Shown: in pieces, positions 16,577 through 24,727 of the stretch
Layout of the letters: each line of letters begins with the position of its first letter
Position numbering within the stretch: position 1 is the stretch's first letter
Source: a virus
Lineage: Duplodnaviria; Caudoviricetes
DNA length: 28,355 nucleotides
Reading direction: 5' to 3' (one strand)
IMG/VR virus record: IMGVR_UViG_3300035135_000697
Span: 1-28,355 of that record
Program-made: the position numbers and the translations under genes
Notes under the pieces: model-generated
Database searches by the model: none
What the model saw: the letters and a program-made list of their open reading frames with translations, nothing else
What the model was told of the DNA's origin: nothing

Positions 16577-17788
16577 ATGAAATCTTTTTTTACATTCTTA
16601 GGGGAAGCGCAGTCTAACGCATCTAAGCAGGCGAAGAAGCTTGGTCTTAAGGGCGACGGACATGGTTCCTGGGTAGATGGTCAGGGTAGAATTGTTGGTA
16701 GAACTGTAGAAGGTGAGTTTGTTTTCTCCAGTGGTAGGAAACCTGCTGCCGAGACCGATCCACAAAAACCTGGTGCTGCTGCTAGACAAATTGCACCAGA
16801 ACAAGGTCCACCTCCTGTTCCTGGTGCTGGTGGTCAAGAGGGTGCTCCAGAAGAGGAAGAAGAAGCAGTAGAAAAGACACGCGGAACTATTACTATTGGT
16901 TTTGGTAGGTTCAATCCTCCTACATCTGGACACGAGAAACTGTTAGATAGAATTAAAGATACTGCTTCTGGTGATGAGTATGTAATTTATCCATCACATA
17001 CTACTGATCCTCAGAAGAATCCTTTGGATCCTGAGGCAAAGGTTCTCTTCATGAAGAAGATGTTCCCCGATCATAGTTCTGCAATTGTCTATGATCCATC
17101 CATTCGTACTATTATTGATGCTCTGAAAAATGCAGACTCCCAAGGATACGCCTCTGTCAATGTCGTGGTTGGTGCTGACAGAAAGAAAGAATTTGAGAGT
17201 CTCGCGAACAAATACAACGGGCAACTCTATAATTTTGATGCGGTTAATGTCATCAGTGCAGGGGAACGAGACCCTGATGCTGAAGGGGTCGAGGGTATGT
17301 CTGCTTCCAAACTCAGAGCTTTAGCAGCAGATGGTGACTTTGAAGCATTTAGAAAAGGACTGCCAAAGGCAGCGAAAGGTGTAGTCGCTCGTGAACTGTT
17401 TAATACAGTTCAAAAGTCCATGGGTAAGGCTGCTACTAAGAAAGAAGGTTTGGAACTCTGGCAGATTGCACCTAAGTTTGATTGGAAGACTCTTAGAGAA
17501 CGCTACATTGGTGGATATGTCTTTAACATTGGTCAACTTGTAGAAAATATGAATACAGGTTTGATTGGTAGAGTCATGCGTAAGGGCACCAACTATGTTA
17601 TTGCCGTTACTCAAGAAGGTATTATGTTTAAGTCCTTCTTGCAGGACCTGAATGAGTTTGTTAAAAAACCTGTTAGTGGTGTTGTAGCATCTAAAAGAGA
17701 GGTCGGGACAGATTCTTATAGGGAGTATGTTCAGCAACTTACACCTGAGGAGAAGGTCAAGTCATTTATAAATAATAACAAGAAATAG
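16577..17788 (+). CDS. Cytidylyltransferase-like (HIGH-superfamily) nucleotidyltransferase
   Basis: FGRFNPPTSGHEKL (T/HxGH), KNPL, VVGADR, MSASKLR. Confidence 0.88.
   Translation: MKSFFTFLGEAQSNASKQAKKLGLKGDGHGSWVDGQGRIVGRTVEGEFVFSSGRKPAAETDPQKPGAAARQIAPEQGPPPVPGAGGQEGAPEEEEEAVEKTRGTITIGFGRFNPPTSGHEKLLDRIKDTASGDEYVIYPSHTTDPQKNPLDPEAKVLFMKKMFPDHSSAIVYDPSIRTIIDALKNADSQGYASVNVVVGADRKKEFESLANKYNGQLYNFDAVNVISAGERDPDAEGVEGMSASKLRALAADGDFEAFRKGLPKAAKGVVARELFNTVQKSMGKAATKKEGLELWQIAPKFDWKTLRERYIGGYVFNIGQLVENMNTGLIGRVMRKGTNYVIAVTQEGIMFKSFLQDLNEFVKKPVSGVVASKREVGTDSYREYVQQLTPEEKVKSFINNNKK
17767..17774 (+). promoter_or_regulatory. T4-type late promoter TATAAATA
   Basis: Exact consensus 31 nt upstream of ATG 17806. 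Confidence 0.8.
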
Positions 17789-17805
17789 TCAGCCGTTGTA
17801 GTTCG

Positions 17806-18783
17806 ATGTCAGATTTTATTGAAGCAAACTCGGATGAGATCATGCTGCGTAGCATGACCAATGTCTTCGTTGAGAAGAAGTTAGATCCTGTTGGAAAAGA
17901 GGACGCCGATATTGATAACGACGGCGATACTGATAAGAGCGATAAGTATCTGCACAATCGCCGTAAGGCAATTGGTGCTGCAATCGCTGCCGAGAAGGGC
18001 AAAAAGAAGGCAGTAAAGGAGGAGATGGAGGAGTATCTTCGTTCTAAGGTTGCTTCTATTAATGAAGGTGTAAAACTTCATAAGTCAGAGAAGGCAACGA
18101 CCTCTGATGAGAAGGCAGTAGAAATTGTTGAGAAGGAAGTTAAGAATAAGGTTACTGTTAACCCTGTCATGGGCGAGTCCGTCGCTTCCATGATCCAATC
18201 TATGTACGAGCGTAAGTACATGGGTGAAGGTCTGAAGCAGGCACGGAAGAATGTTGGTGCCTCTACTTGCTGGGATGGATACACGGCAAAGGGTACTAAG
18301 AAAAAGAACGGTAAGGAAGTTCCTAACTGTGTAAAGGAAGAGGATGAGCAAATTAATGAAGCGACTCCTGGTGAAAAAACCTTTGATAAAGCAACCAGCC
18401 CTGAACTTCAGAAAAAAACTCATAAAATGGGTACAGCCGTTGGACAAGGAGTGAAGGATCATATTGGTGGTCTTGCTCAAGGTGCTTTTGGTAAAAAAAC
18501 TAAGTCAAAAAATCCTGTAACTCAAGTTGGTAATGCAGTTACCAGAACTCTTAGTTCTCCCGCCAGAGCGGCTGCTGGTTATGCAACGGGACTTGTTAGA
18601 GGTCTTGCAAATTCTTACGAACCAGAAGGTAATCTGGTAGACGAAGAGTCTTGTGGTTCTGATAAGAAGATGAATATCAGAGGTTACAATTCTGATGAGC
18701 AGAAGAAGCGTCTTGAGAAAAAGCGTGGCATGAAACTGGATGATCATCCCCAATATAAAAAGGATGATACCGAAAAAAAGTAG
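17806..18783 (+). CDS. Late, highly charged modular protein (probable internal virion protein); 0-frame product
   Basis: K/E-rich; DIDNDGDTDKSD loop, CWDGY..VPNCV module, SYEPEG motif; late promoter. Confidence 0.8.
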   Translation: MSDFIEANSDEIMLRSMTNVFVEKKLDPVGKEDADIDNDGDTDKSDKYLHNRRKAIGAAIAAEKGKKKAVKEEMEEYLRSKVASINEGVKLHKSEKATTSDEKAVEIVEKEVKNKVTVNPVMGESVASMIQSMYERKYMGEGLKQARKNVGASTCWDGYTAKGTKKKNGKEVPNCVKEEDEQINEATPGEKTFDKATSPELQKKTHKMGTAVGQGVKDHIGGLAQGAFGKKTKSKNPVTQVGNAVTRTLSSPARAAAGYATGLVRGLANSYEPEGNLVDEESCGSDKKMNIRGYNSDEQKKRLEKKRGMKLDDHPQYKKDDTEKK

Positions 18784-18806
18784 AGTCCTCCTCACCAGAG
18801 GAGGGT
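18761..18806 (+). other. -1 programmed ribosomal frameshift signal
   Basis: AGGA (18761-64), A_AAA_AAG (18774-80) in the correct phase, TAG, hairpin CCTCCTC-ACCA-GAGGAGG (18787-18804). Confidence 0.75.
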
Positions 18807-19172
18807 AAAAATCTTTGGACTCGTCTTACTGAAGACAGAGCAGAAGATGCAAAAAAGTCTCTAGACAAAGTTAAGAAGCGTCAAAAGGTTCTTGATAAGT
18901 ATGAGAAAGAGACTGGTAGAAAACCAGACATCACTAAGTCTCCTGAGTATAAGCAACATAAGATGAGATTCCCTGGTGCCAAGCGCACTGGTAAGAAGAA
19001 GAAAGGTGAGAAGGAGACTGAACTGCAGCAGCATAACCGTAGGACTACTAGACATAATGAGAGACTTATGAAGCACGGTCCTACTAAAAAGGAGGCTGAG
19101 CGTCAGAAAGGTTACGATGCTTACGAGAAAAAGCACAAGTCAAAATACGGTAACAGATCTGTATGGGATTGA
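18780..19172 (+). CDS. -1 frame extension (130 aa, Lys/Arg-rich) of the 17806 protein
   Basis: Frame is open from just after TGA 18765-67 to 19172; first ATG only at 18963; composition matches the upstream ORF. Confidence 0.72.
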   Translation, partial: VESSSPEEGKNLWTRLTEDRAEDAKKSLDKVKKRQKVLDKYEKETGRKPDITKSPEYKQHKMRFPGAKRTGKKKKGEKETELQQHNRRTTRHNERLMKHGPTKKEAERQKGYDAYEKKHKSKYGNRSVWD

Positions 19173-19203
19173 GCCTATATAAATTAGGTTCAATATTAAA
19201 ATC

Positions 19204-19407
19204 ATGCTTGCATTTTTACTCCCCTTAGCATCTAAGGTAATTTCTGATGCAGTCTCAAAGATTCCAGAAAATGAAGAACTCGGTGAGAAACTCATTGAGA
19301 TCTGTCTTGTTATTCTTACTAAAGCAGTTAAGTTGACCAAGACTGATATGGATGATCAGCTCCTGGAGGTCGTTACTAAAGCGATCAAAAACCGCGAGGA
19401 TGCTTGA
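19204..19407 (+). CDS. Small late hypothetical protein
   Basis: 67 aa amphipathic; preceded by TATAAATT (19178-19185). Confidence 0.75.
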   Translation: MLAFLLPLASKVISDAVSKIPENEELGEKLIEICLVILTKAVKLTKTDMDDQLLEVVTKAIKNREDA

Positions 19408-19409
19408 CT

Positions 19410-19417
19410 TATAAATA
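19410..19417 (+). promoter_or_regulatory. T4-type late promoter TATAAATA
   Basis: Exact consensus 33 nt upstream of ATG 19451. Confidence 0.8.
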
Positions 19418-19450
19418 ATTCTAAGAAAATCGTACTTTGGGTGCAGAAAC

Positions 19451-19954
19451 ATGGCTCTTTGGGGCGATAACGATAACATCACAACATTTGGTACTGTTGC
19501 TGTCAACGGTACTACTATTACTGGTACTGGAACCACCTTCACATCCGATGTGTCGGTCGGTCAGGTAATCCGTATTGGCGTAAGGGGCGGTGTTGGCACA
19601 TACTACGGTGACGCAGTTATCACTGGTATCACCAGCGATAGAATTCTCACCATCGATACCACTGATGGTCTGAGTGCTACTAGCATTGCTGCTACCTCCT
19701 ACTATGTCTCCACTCTGCCTAAGTCTTCTGTCTTAGACAGCGTGTTCCAAGAGGGTAGATCTGACGCTGATTCTCTGGTATACGGCACTGCTGCTGCTGA
19801 TCATGACGGCACTGCCTATGATCTTGATCATGCTGGTTGGGTAGGTGTTACGACTTACATCGACATGCACGGTGAACTTAGAGTTAAGAAGGAAGTTCTG
19901 GTTGCCATGTCTGGCATCAGCACAGGTAACATTCCTTATCCTACAGACGAATGA
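19451..19954 (+). CDS. Probable virion structural protein
   Basis: MALWG start, Thr/Gly-rich beta strands, HAGWVG...RVKKEVLVAM C-terminus; late promoter. Confidence 0.7.
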   Translation: MALWGDNDNITTFGTVAVNGTTITGTGTTFTSDVSVGQVIRIGVRGGVGTYYGDAVITGITSDRILTIDTTDGLSATSIAATSYYVSTLPKSSVLDSVFQEGRSDADSLVYGTAAADHDGTAYDLDHAGWVGVTTYIDMHGELRVKKEVLVAMSGISTGNIPYPTDE

Positions 19955-19968
19955 TAATGTAATTTGAT

Positions 19969-20340
19969 ATGCGCTTTGATGAATTGAATGACGGTAACTA
20001 CCTTTTGTTCGCTATCAAGAATTATGAGAATCCTCAGGCAGTAACCGAAGAGGATTTTTATGATGACTTGAAGCGTATTAAGTATATAAAACGATTACTA
20101 AAAAGATACAGGAACACGGGAGAGTTAAGAACACATCTTATTCTTAACCACTTCATTGTTTTGTTCAATGTATTCGACGATGCTGGGGTCCCTCTCCTAT
20201 TCTTTAAATTGGAGAAGGACCTTTGGCCATGTACAAAAAGTTTTTTGAGTTATCTCGGAAGGATACCTGAATATCCACTCACCGAACTAAATAATATTCA
20301 AGAAGATGACTACTGTTTAGAGCAGTTAAAGGCAATCTGA
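19969..20340 (+). CDS. Conserved T4-like phage hypothetical protein
   Basis: FDELN..NYLLFAIKNYENPQ...FYDDLKRIKYIKRLL...LILNH. Confidence 0.8.
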   Translation: MRFDELNDGNYLLFAIKNYENPQAVTEEDFYDDLKRIKYIKRLLKRYRNTGELRTHLILNHFIVLFNVFDDAGVPLLFFKLEKDLWPCTKSFLSYLGRIPEYPLTELNNIQEDDYCLEQLKAI

Positions 20341-20528
20341 TGGATAGAAGATTAGACAAAGTAGTTACACTGATTCGAGAGATGATGGGTGCTGGTGCTG
20401 TCGGTGGTCCTACCAATAGGATCGGCGGCGGGAAGATTGCTGGTACAAAAGAAGCTGGTGATGATCCACCAGTTCGTAAGAAGAAGAAATATATCTACCA
20501 AAGAAATACTCGCAAGAATTGGATGTAG
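20340..20528 (+). CDS. Small hypothetical protein (Gly-rich, basic tail)
   Basis: TGATG overlap with the upstream gene; fills the gap exactly. Confidence 0.65.
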   Translation: MDRRLDKVVTLIREMMGAGAVGGPTNRIGGGKIAGTKEAGDDPPVRKKKKYIYQRNTRKNWM

Positions 20529-20532
20529 GGGG

Positions 20533-20967
20533 ATGGCATTCGGATTAGGAAAACTTGCAGTATTAGAATCTAAACTTGACATCTACGAAGACTTGTCCAA
20601 AGAGATGTTGGATAAGTTAGAGAGAGCAGTAGGAACTATCTCTGATAATAGTAACAAGATTGCTATTATCTTGGAGCGTCATGAAAACAGATTAGATGAG
20701 AGTGAAAGAACTGATGATCTCATCATCAAAATGCTCGAAGAGATGAAAGAAAAGCATGAGAAGGATACTGAAACTATTCATGATAGGATTAGTGCCCTCC
20801 AGAAGAAAGTAGATATTAATGCTAAGTTTGTGATTGGTGCTGGTGCTGTTCTCGCTACTCTTGTGGCAGTATTACAAGTGGTTCCACCCATCATTGAAGT
20901 CTTGACACCGCCAGCAACTGCGAGTATAGTAGGTGCAGAGACGCCCTTCGTGAATGGATCTAATTGA
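20533..20967 (+). CDS. Coiled-coil protein with C-terminal transmembrane helix
   Basis: ATG 20533 after AGGGGG; heptad-like KLAVLESKL...; hydrophobic FVIGAGAVLATLVAVL. Confidence 0.75.
   Translation: MAFGLGKLAVLESKLDIYEDLSKEMLDKLERAVGTISDNSNKIAIILERHENRLDESERTDDLIIKMLEEMKEKHEKDTETIHDRISALQKKVDINAKFVIGAGAVLATLVAVLQVVPPIIEVLTPPATASIVGAETPFVNGSN
20902..20930 (+). promoter_or_regulatory. Sigma70 promoter for primase-nrdAB
   Basis: TTGACA-17 nt-TATAGT ending 23 nt before ATG 20954, embedded in the upstream CDS. Confidence 0.8.
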
Positions 20968-21922
20968 TTCCAAATATATTAGTTTAGTCTCTGCTCGCTT
21001 ACAGAAATTTAAAAGGGTTAAGTCGGATCTGTATAACTTCCGCTGCCCTATTTGTGGTGACTCGCAGAAGAACAAGAACAAGGCACGGGGATATCTCTAT
21101 GCCGTAAAGGCAAATACTAATTTTAAGTGCCACAACTGTGGTGCTTCGATGTCGTTCAACAATCTTTTGAAGAAGTTGGACTCATCTCTTCATGGAAGAT
21201 ATACCCTAGAGAAATATAAAACAGGTGTTACTGGCAAGAACTTTGTAGTAGAAGAACCTGAATTTGTTTTTGAGAAACCTAAGTTTGCACAGAAGATTAA
21301 TCTCCCCTCATGTAGTGAGGTAGAAGTTGCTAGAGTATATCTTGAGCAGCGTAAGATTGATCCTTCCAAATTTTATTTTGCAGAAAACTTTGATGAGTTT
21401 GTCAAGTCGTTTCCAGATGTAGACTACTCATACATGGGTAAAGAGTCTAGGATTATCATCCCACTCTTCTATGAGAAGTCTCTCGTCGGATTCCAAGCAA
21501 GGGCAATAGGTCCTAACAAGATAAAGTACATTACGGTAATGCTCAATGATAAAGCGCCCAAAATCTATGGACTTGATACGGTCAGAGGAGATGCTCCAGT
21601 CTATGTTACGGAGGGACCTTTCGACAGCACATTCGTTCCACATTCGATTGCTATGTGCGGAGCTGACGCTGATGTTGGTCGTTGGGGGATTAGCAATCCT
21701 GTCTATATCTACGATAACGAACCGCGCAATAGAGAGATTGTCAACAGAATCGGTCGTACAATCGATAGAGGCGACTCCCTAGTCATTTGGCCATCAGACA
21801 TTAAAGAAAAAGACATTAATGATATGGTCCTCGCTGGACATGATGTGGTTGGCGTGTTAAAATCGAATACATATTCAGGACTAGAAGCGAAGGTTAAGTT
21901 TACAGCATGGAAAAAAGTCTAG
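20954..21922 (+). CDS. gp61: DNA primase
   Basis: NFRCPICGDS...FKCHNC zinc domain, TEGPFDS, YDNEPRN, KDINDM (TOPRIM). Confidence 0.96.
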   Translation: MDLIDSKYISLVSARLQKFKRVKSDLYNFRCPICGDSQKNKNKARGYLYAVKANTNFKCHNCGASMSFNNLLKKLDSSLHGRYTLEKYKTGVTGKNFVVEEPEFVFEKPKFAQKINLPSCSEVEVARVYLEQRKIDPSKFYFAENFDEFVKSFPDVDYSYMGKESRIIIPLFYEKSLVGFQARAIGPNKIKYITVMLNDKAPKIYGLDTVRGDAPVYVTEGPFDSTFVPHSIAMCGADADVGRWGISNPVYIYDNEPRNREIVNRIGRTIDRGDSLVIWPSDIKEKDINDMVLAGHDVVGVLKSNTYSGLEAKVKFTAWKKV

Positions 21923-22449
21923 AAATCCACACTATCTCTAGGATAGATGTACTAAGAGGCACTTCCAATGTTGACTTAACTGGTCTCGCTGATCTGTTGC
22001 TAGAGCATCAAAACAATCGTTTAGATCCAGAACCTTCGCATACTCATTACGAAGATTCTGAGTGCCCAGATCATCCTATCGTAGATAGTATTGTTCATGA
22101 ACTAATGACTGCCTTTAAAGCAGCAACCAAGATGGACTTAATGTTGCACAGTAAGTGGGCACATATCCATCAAAAGAACATGAGCACTAACATGCATGAT
22201 CACTATCCATGCGATGTTAGTTCAGCGTTCTATGTTTCTGTTCCAGAGGGATCGGGTAATATTTGTTTCCATCCTTCGCATAATAAATATCATCCCACGA
22301 GGGAAGTTTTTCAACCTCAGGAGGGGATGTTCTTAATGTTCCCTGGTACATTAGAACACTCTGTGACAAGGAATCATTCTGAAGAACCTAGGATTTCTCT
22401 AGCATTTAATTTCACAATAGTTAAGAACGAAGATGACAAACGGGACTAA
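21907..22449 (+). CDS. 2OG-Fe(II) oxygenase-fold protein
   Basis: KWAHIH, MHDH, SSAFYV, EGMFLMFPGTLEHSV, RISLAFN. Confidence 0.85.
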   Translation: MEKSLEIHTISRIDVLRGTSNVDLTGLADLLLEHQNNRLDPEPSHTHYEDSECPDHPIVDSIVHELMTAFKAATKMDLMLHSKWAHIHQKNMSTNMHDHYPCDVSSAFYVSVPEGSGNICFHPSHNKYHPTREVFQPQEGMFLMFPGTLEHSVTRNHSEEPRISLAFNFTIVKNEDDKRD

Positions 22450-24727
22450 AGTTCGTAAGCGGTCTGGACAAACTGAGAGTCTTGACCTGAACAAAATGCA
22501 TAAGATGGTGGACGAGGCATGTAAAGACCTTGCAGGTGTGTCTGCCTCTCAGATTGAAATCAATTCTGGCATCCAATTCTATGATGGAATTACCACTGCA
22601 GAGATTCAGGAGATCCTGATTCGCTCTGCAAGCGACCTGGTTGACCTGGATAACCCCAACTACCAATTCGTTGCCGCTAGACTGCTCCTGTTCGCTCTCA
22701 GGAAGCAATTGTGGGGTCGTATGCATGAGCATCCTACTCTTGGGTATCATGCCCATCAGTGCGTCACTCAGGGTGTGTATGACAAATACTTTTTTGCTCA
22801 CTACTCAGACGATGAGATTGAGAAACTGAATTCATATATCGATCATGATCGTGACTTTCTGTTTACATACGCTGGTTTACGGCAAGTTGTAGATAAATAC
22901 CTCGTGCAAGATCGCAGCACTGGAGATGTCTATGAGACACCCCAGTTTATGTACATGATGATTGCTGCAACGATCTTTGCCGAGTATCCAAAGCAGAATA
23001 GGCTCGATTATGTCAGGCGGTACTACGACGCAATCAGCAAGCACAGGATCAACATTCCCACACCTATCATGGCGGGAGTTAGAACTCCACTTCGACAATT
23101 TGCAAGCTGTGTTCTTGTTGATGTTGATGACACCCTCGATAGCATCTTTAGCTCTGATATGGCTATCGGCTACTATGTTGCACAAAGGGCGGGAATCGGT
23201 ATCAACGCGGGCAGAATCCGTGGCATCAACAGTAAAATCAGAGGCGGAGAAGTTCAACACACAGGTGTTGTACCATTCCTTAAAAAGTTTGAATCGACTG
23301 TCAGGTGTTGTACACAAAATGGAATACGAGGTGGCTCAGCGACTGTCCACTTCCCAATCTGGCACAAAGAAATAGAGGATATTATTGTCCTCAAGAACAA
23401 TAAAGGTACGGAGGACAACCGTGTACGCAAACTCGATTATTCCATTCAGGTCTCGAAGATCTTCTATGAGCGTTTCATCAAAAACGAAGACATCACACTC
23501 TTCAGCCCTCACGATGTACCAGGTCTTTATGATGCTTTTGGCACTCCTGAGTTTGATGAACTATATTGCAATTATGAATCAGATAGATCTGTTCCAAGAA
23601 AAACTATTGGCGCTCAAAAACTCTTTCTCGATCTTCTGAAGGAGAGAGCAGAGACAGGTCGGATGTATATCATGAACCTGGATCATTGCAACACTCACTC
23701 TTCATTCAAAGATAAGGTTGAGATGAGCAATCTTTGTCAGGAGATTACACTGCCAACAAAACCGTTGAGTCATATTGACGATCCTGAAGGTGAGATTGCC
23801 CTCTGTATTCTGTCTGCAATCAATGTAGGCAAGCTTCGTAACCTGGATGAGTTGGAGGAACTCTGTGACCTCTCTGTGCGTGGTCTGGACGCTCTCATTG
23901 ACTTCCAAGGATACCCAGTTAAGGCAGCAGAGATTGGCACCAAGAACCGTCGTTCTCTGGGCATTGGGTACATTGGTTTGGCACACTACCTTGCTAAGCA
24001 CAAAGCAAAGTATAGTGACCAAGAGGCATGGCAATTGACTCATGACCTTACAGAAGCGTTCCAGTATTACCTGCTGAAGGCATCTAATACTCTTGCAGTA
24101 GAACAGGGTGCTTGTGGATACTTTGATCGTACTAAGTACGCTGATGGTATCCTGCCTATTGATACCTATAAGAAAGATGTAGATGGAATTGTCGCTAACG
24201 ATCTGAAGTATGATTGGGAAACTCTTAGAAAGTCTATCACCACCCACGGTCTTAGGAACTCAACACTGTCTGCTCAGATGCCATCAGAGAGCAGTTCCGT
24301 TGTGTCAAACGCAACAAATGGAATCGAACCACCTAGAGGATATCTGTCCACTAAGAAGAGCAAAAAGGGACCGCTTAAACAGATTGTCCCTTCGTATGGT
24401 ACTCTTAAGAATAACTACACCCTTCTTTGGGATATGGAATCTAATGAGGGTTATATTAAGATCGTCGCCGTAATGCAAAAGTTCTTTGATCAGGCGATCT
24501 CTGGTAACTGGAGTTACAATCCTGAGAACTATCCTGACAATGAGGTTCCAGTGTCGGTCATGGCAAATGACTTTTTGACTACATATAAGTACGGTTGGAA
24601 GACCTCATATTATCAGAACACTTACGACAATAAAACGGATGAAATAGAAGAACCTAAGGAAGACGCTGCAGCGGATCTATTAAAGAAATTATCAGAAGTA
24701 ACGGAGTGCGATGCCTGTGCAATTTAA
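22433..24727 (+). CDS. nrdA: Class Ia ribonucleotide reductase alpha subunit
   Basis: ATP cone VRKRSG, PTPIMAG, QFASCVL, SNLCQEI, MPSESSS, KTSYY, C-terminal CDAC. Confidence 0.98.
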   Translation: MTNGTKVRKRSGQTESLDLNKMHKMVDEACKDLAGVSASQIEINSGIQFYDGITTAEIQEILIRSASDLVDLDNPNYQFVAARLLLFALRKQLWGRMHEHPTLGYHAHQCVTQGVYDKYFFAHYSDDEIEKLNSYIDHDRDFLFTYAGLRQVVDKYLVQDRSTGDVYETPQFMYMMIAATIFAEYPKQNRLDYVRRYYDAISKHRINIPTPIMAGVRTPLRQFASCVLVDVDDTLDSIFSSDMAIGYYVAQRAGIGINAGRIRGINSKIRGGEVQHTGVVPFLKKFESTVRCCTQNGIRGGSATVHFPIWHKEIEDIIVLKNNKGTEDNRVRKLDYSIQVSKIFYERFIKNEDITLFSPHDVPGLYDAFGTPEFDELYCNYESDRSVPRKTIGAQKLFLDLLKERAETGRMYIMNLDHCNTHSSFKDKVEMSNLCQEITLPTKPLSHIDDPEGEIALCILSAINVGKLRNLDELEELCDLSVRGLDALIDFQGYPVKAAEIGTKNRRSLGIGYIGLAHYLAKHKAKYSDQEAWQLTHDLTEAFQYYLLKASNTLAVEQGACGYFDRTKYADGILPIDTYKKDVDGIVANDLKYDWETLRKSITTHGLRNSTLSAQMPSESSSVVSNATNGIEPPRGYLSTKKSKKGPLKQIVPSYGTLKNNYTLLWDMESNEGYIKIVAVMQKFFDQAISGNWSYNPENYPDNEVPVSVMANDFLTTYKYGWKTSYYQNTYDNKTDEIEEPKEDAAADLLKKLSEVTECDACAI

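Noticed and set aside
18851-18857. Second in-phase A_AAA_AAG within the frameshift extension
   Set aside because: No clear downstream hairpin, and a further -1 shift hits TAA after five codons; probably just Ala-Lys-Lys codons.
20389-20532. ORF-track upstream extension of the coiled-coil/TM gene
   Set aside because: Overlaps the 20340..20528 gene; ATG 20533 follows a purine-rich SD-like run.
21907-21922. Possible -1 slip fusing primase to the downstream oxygenase (TGG AAA AAA GTC TAG)
   Set aside because: Not a canonical X_XXY_YYZ in the primase frame, no stimulatory stem, and the oxygenase has its own ATG.
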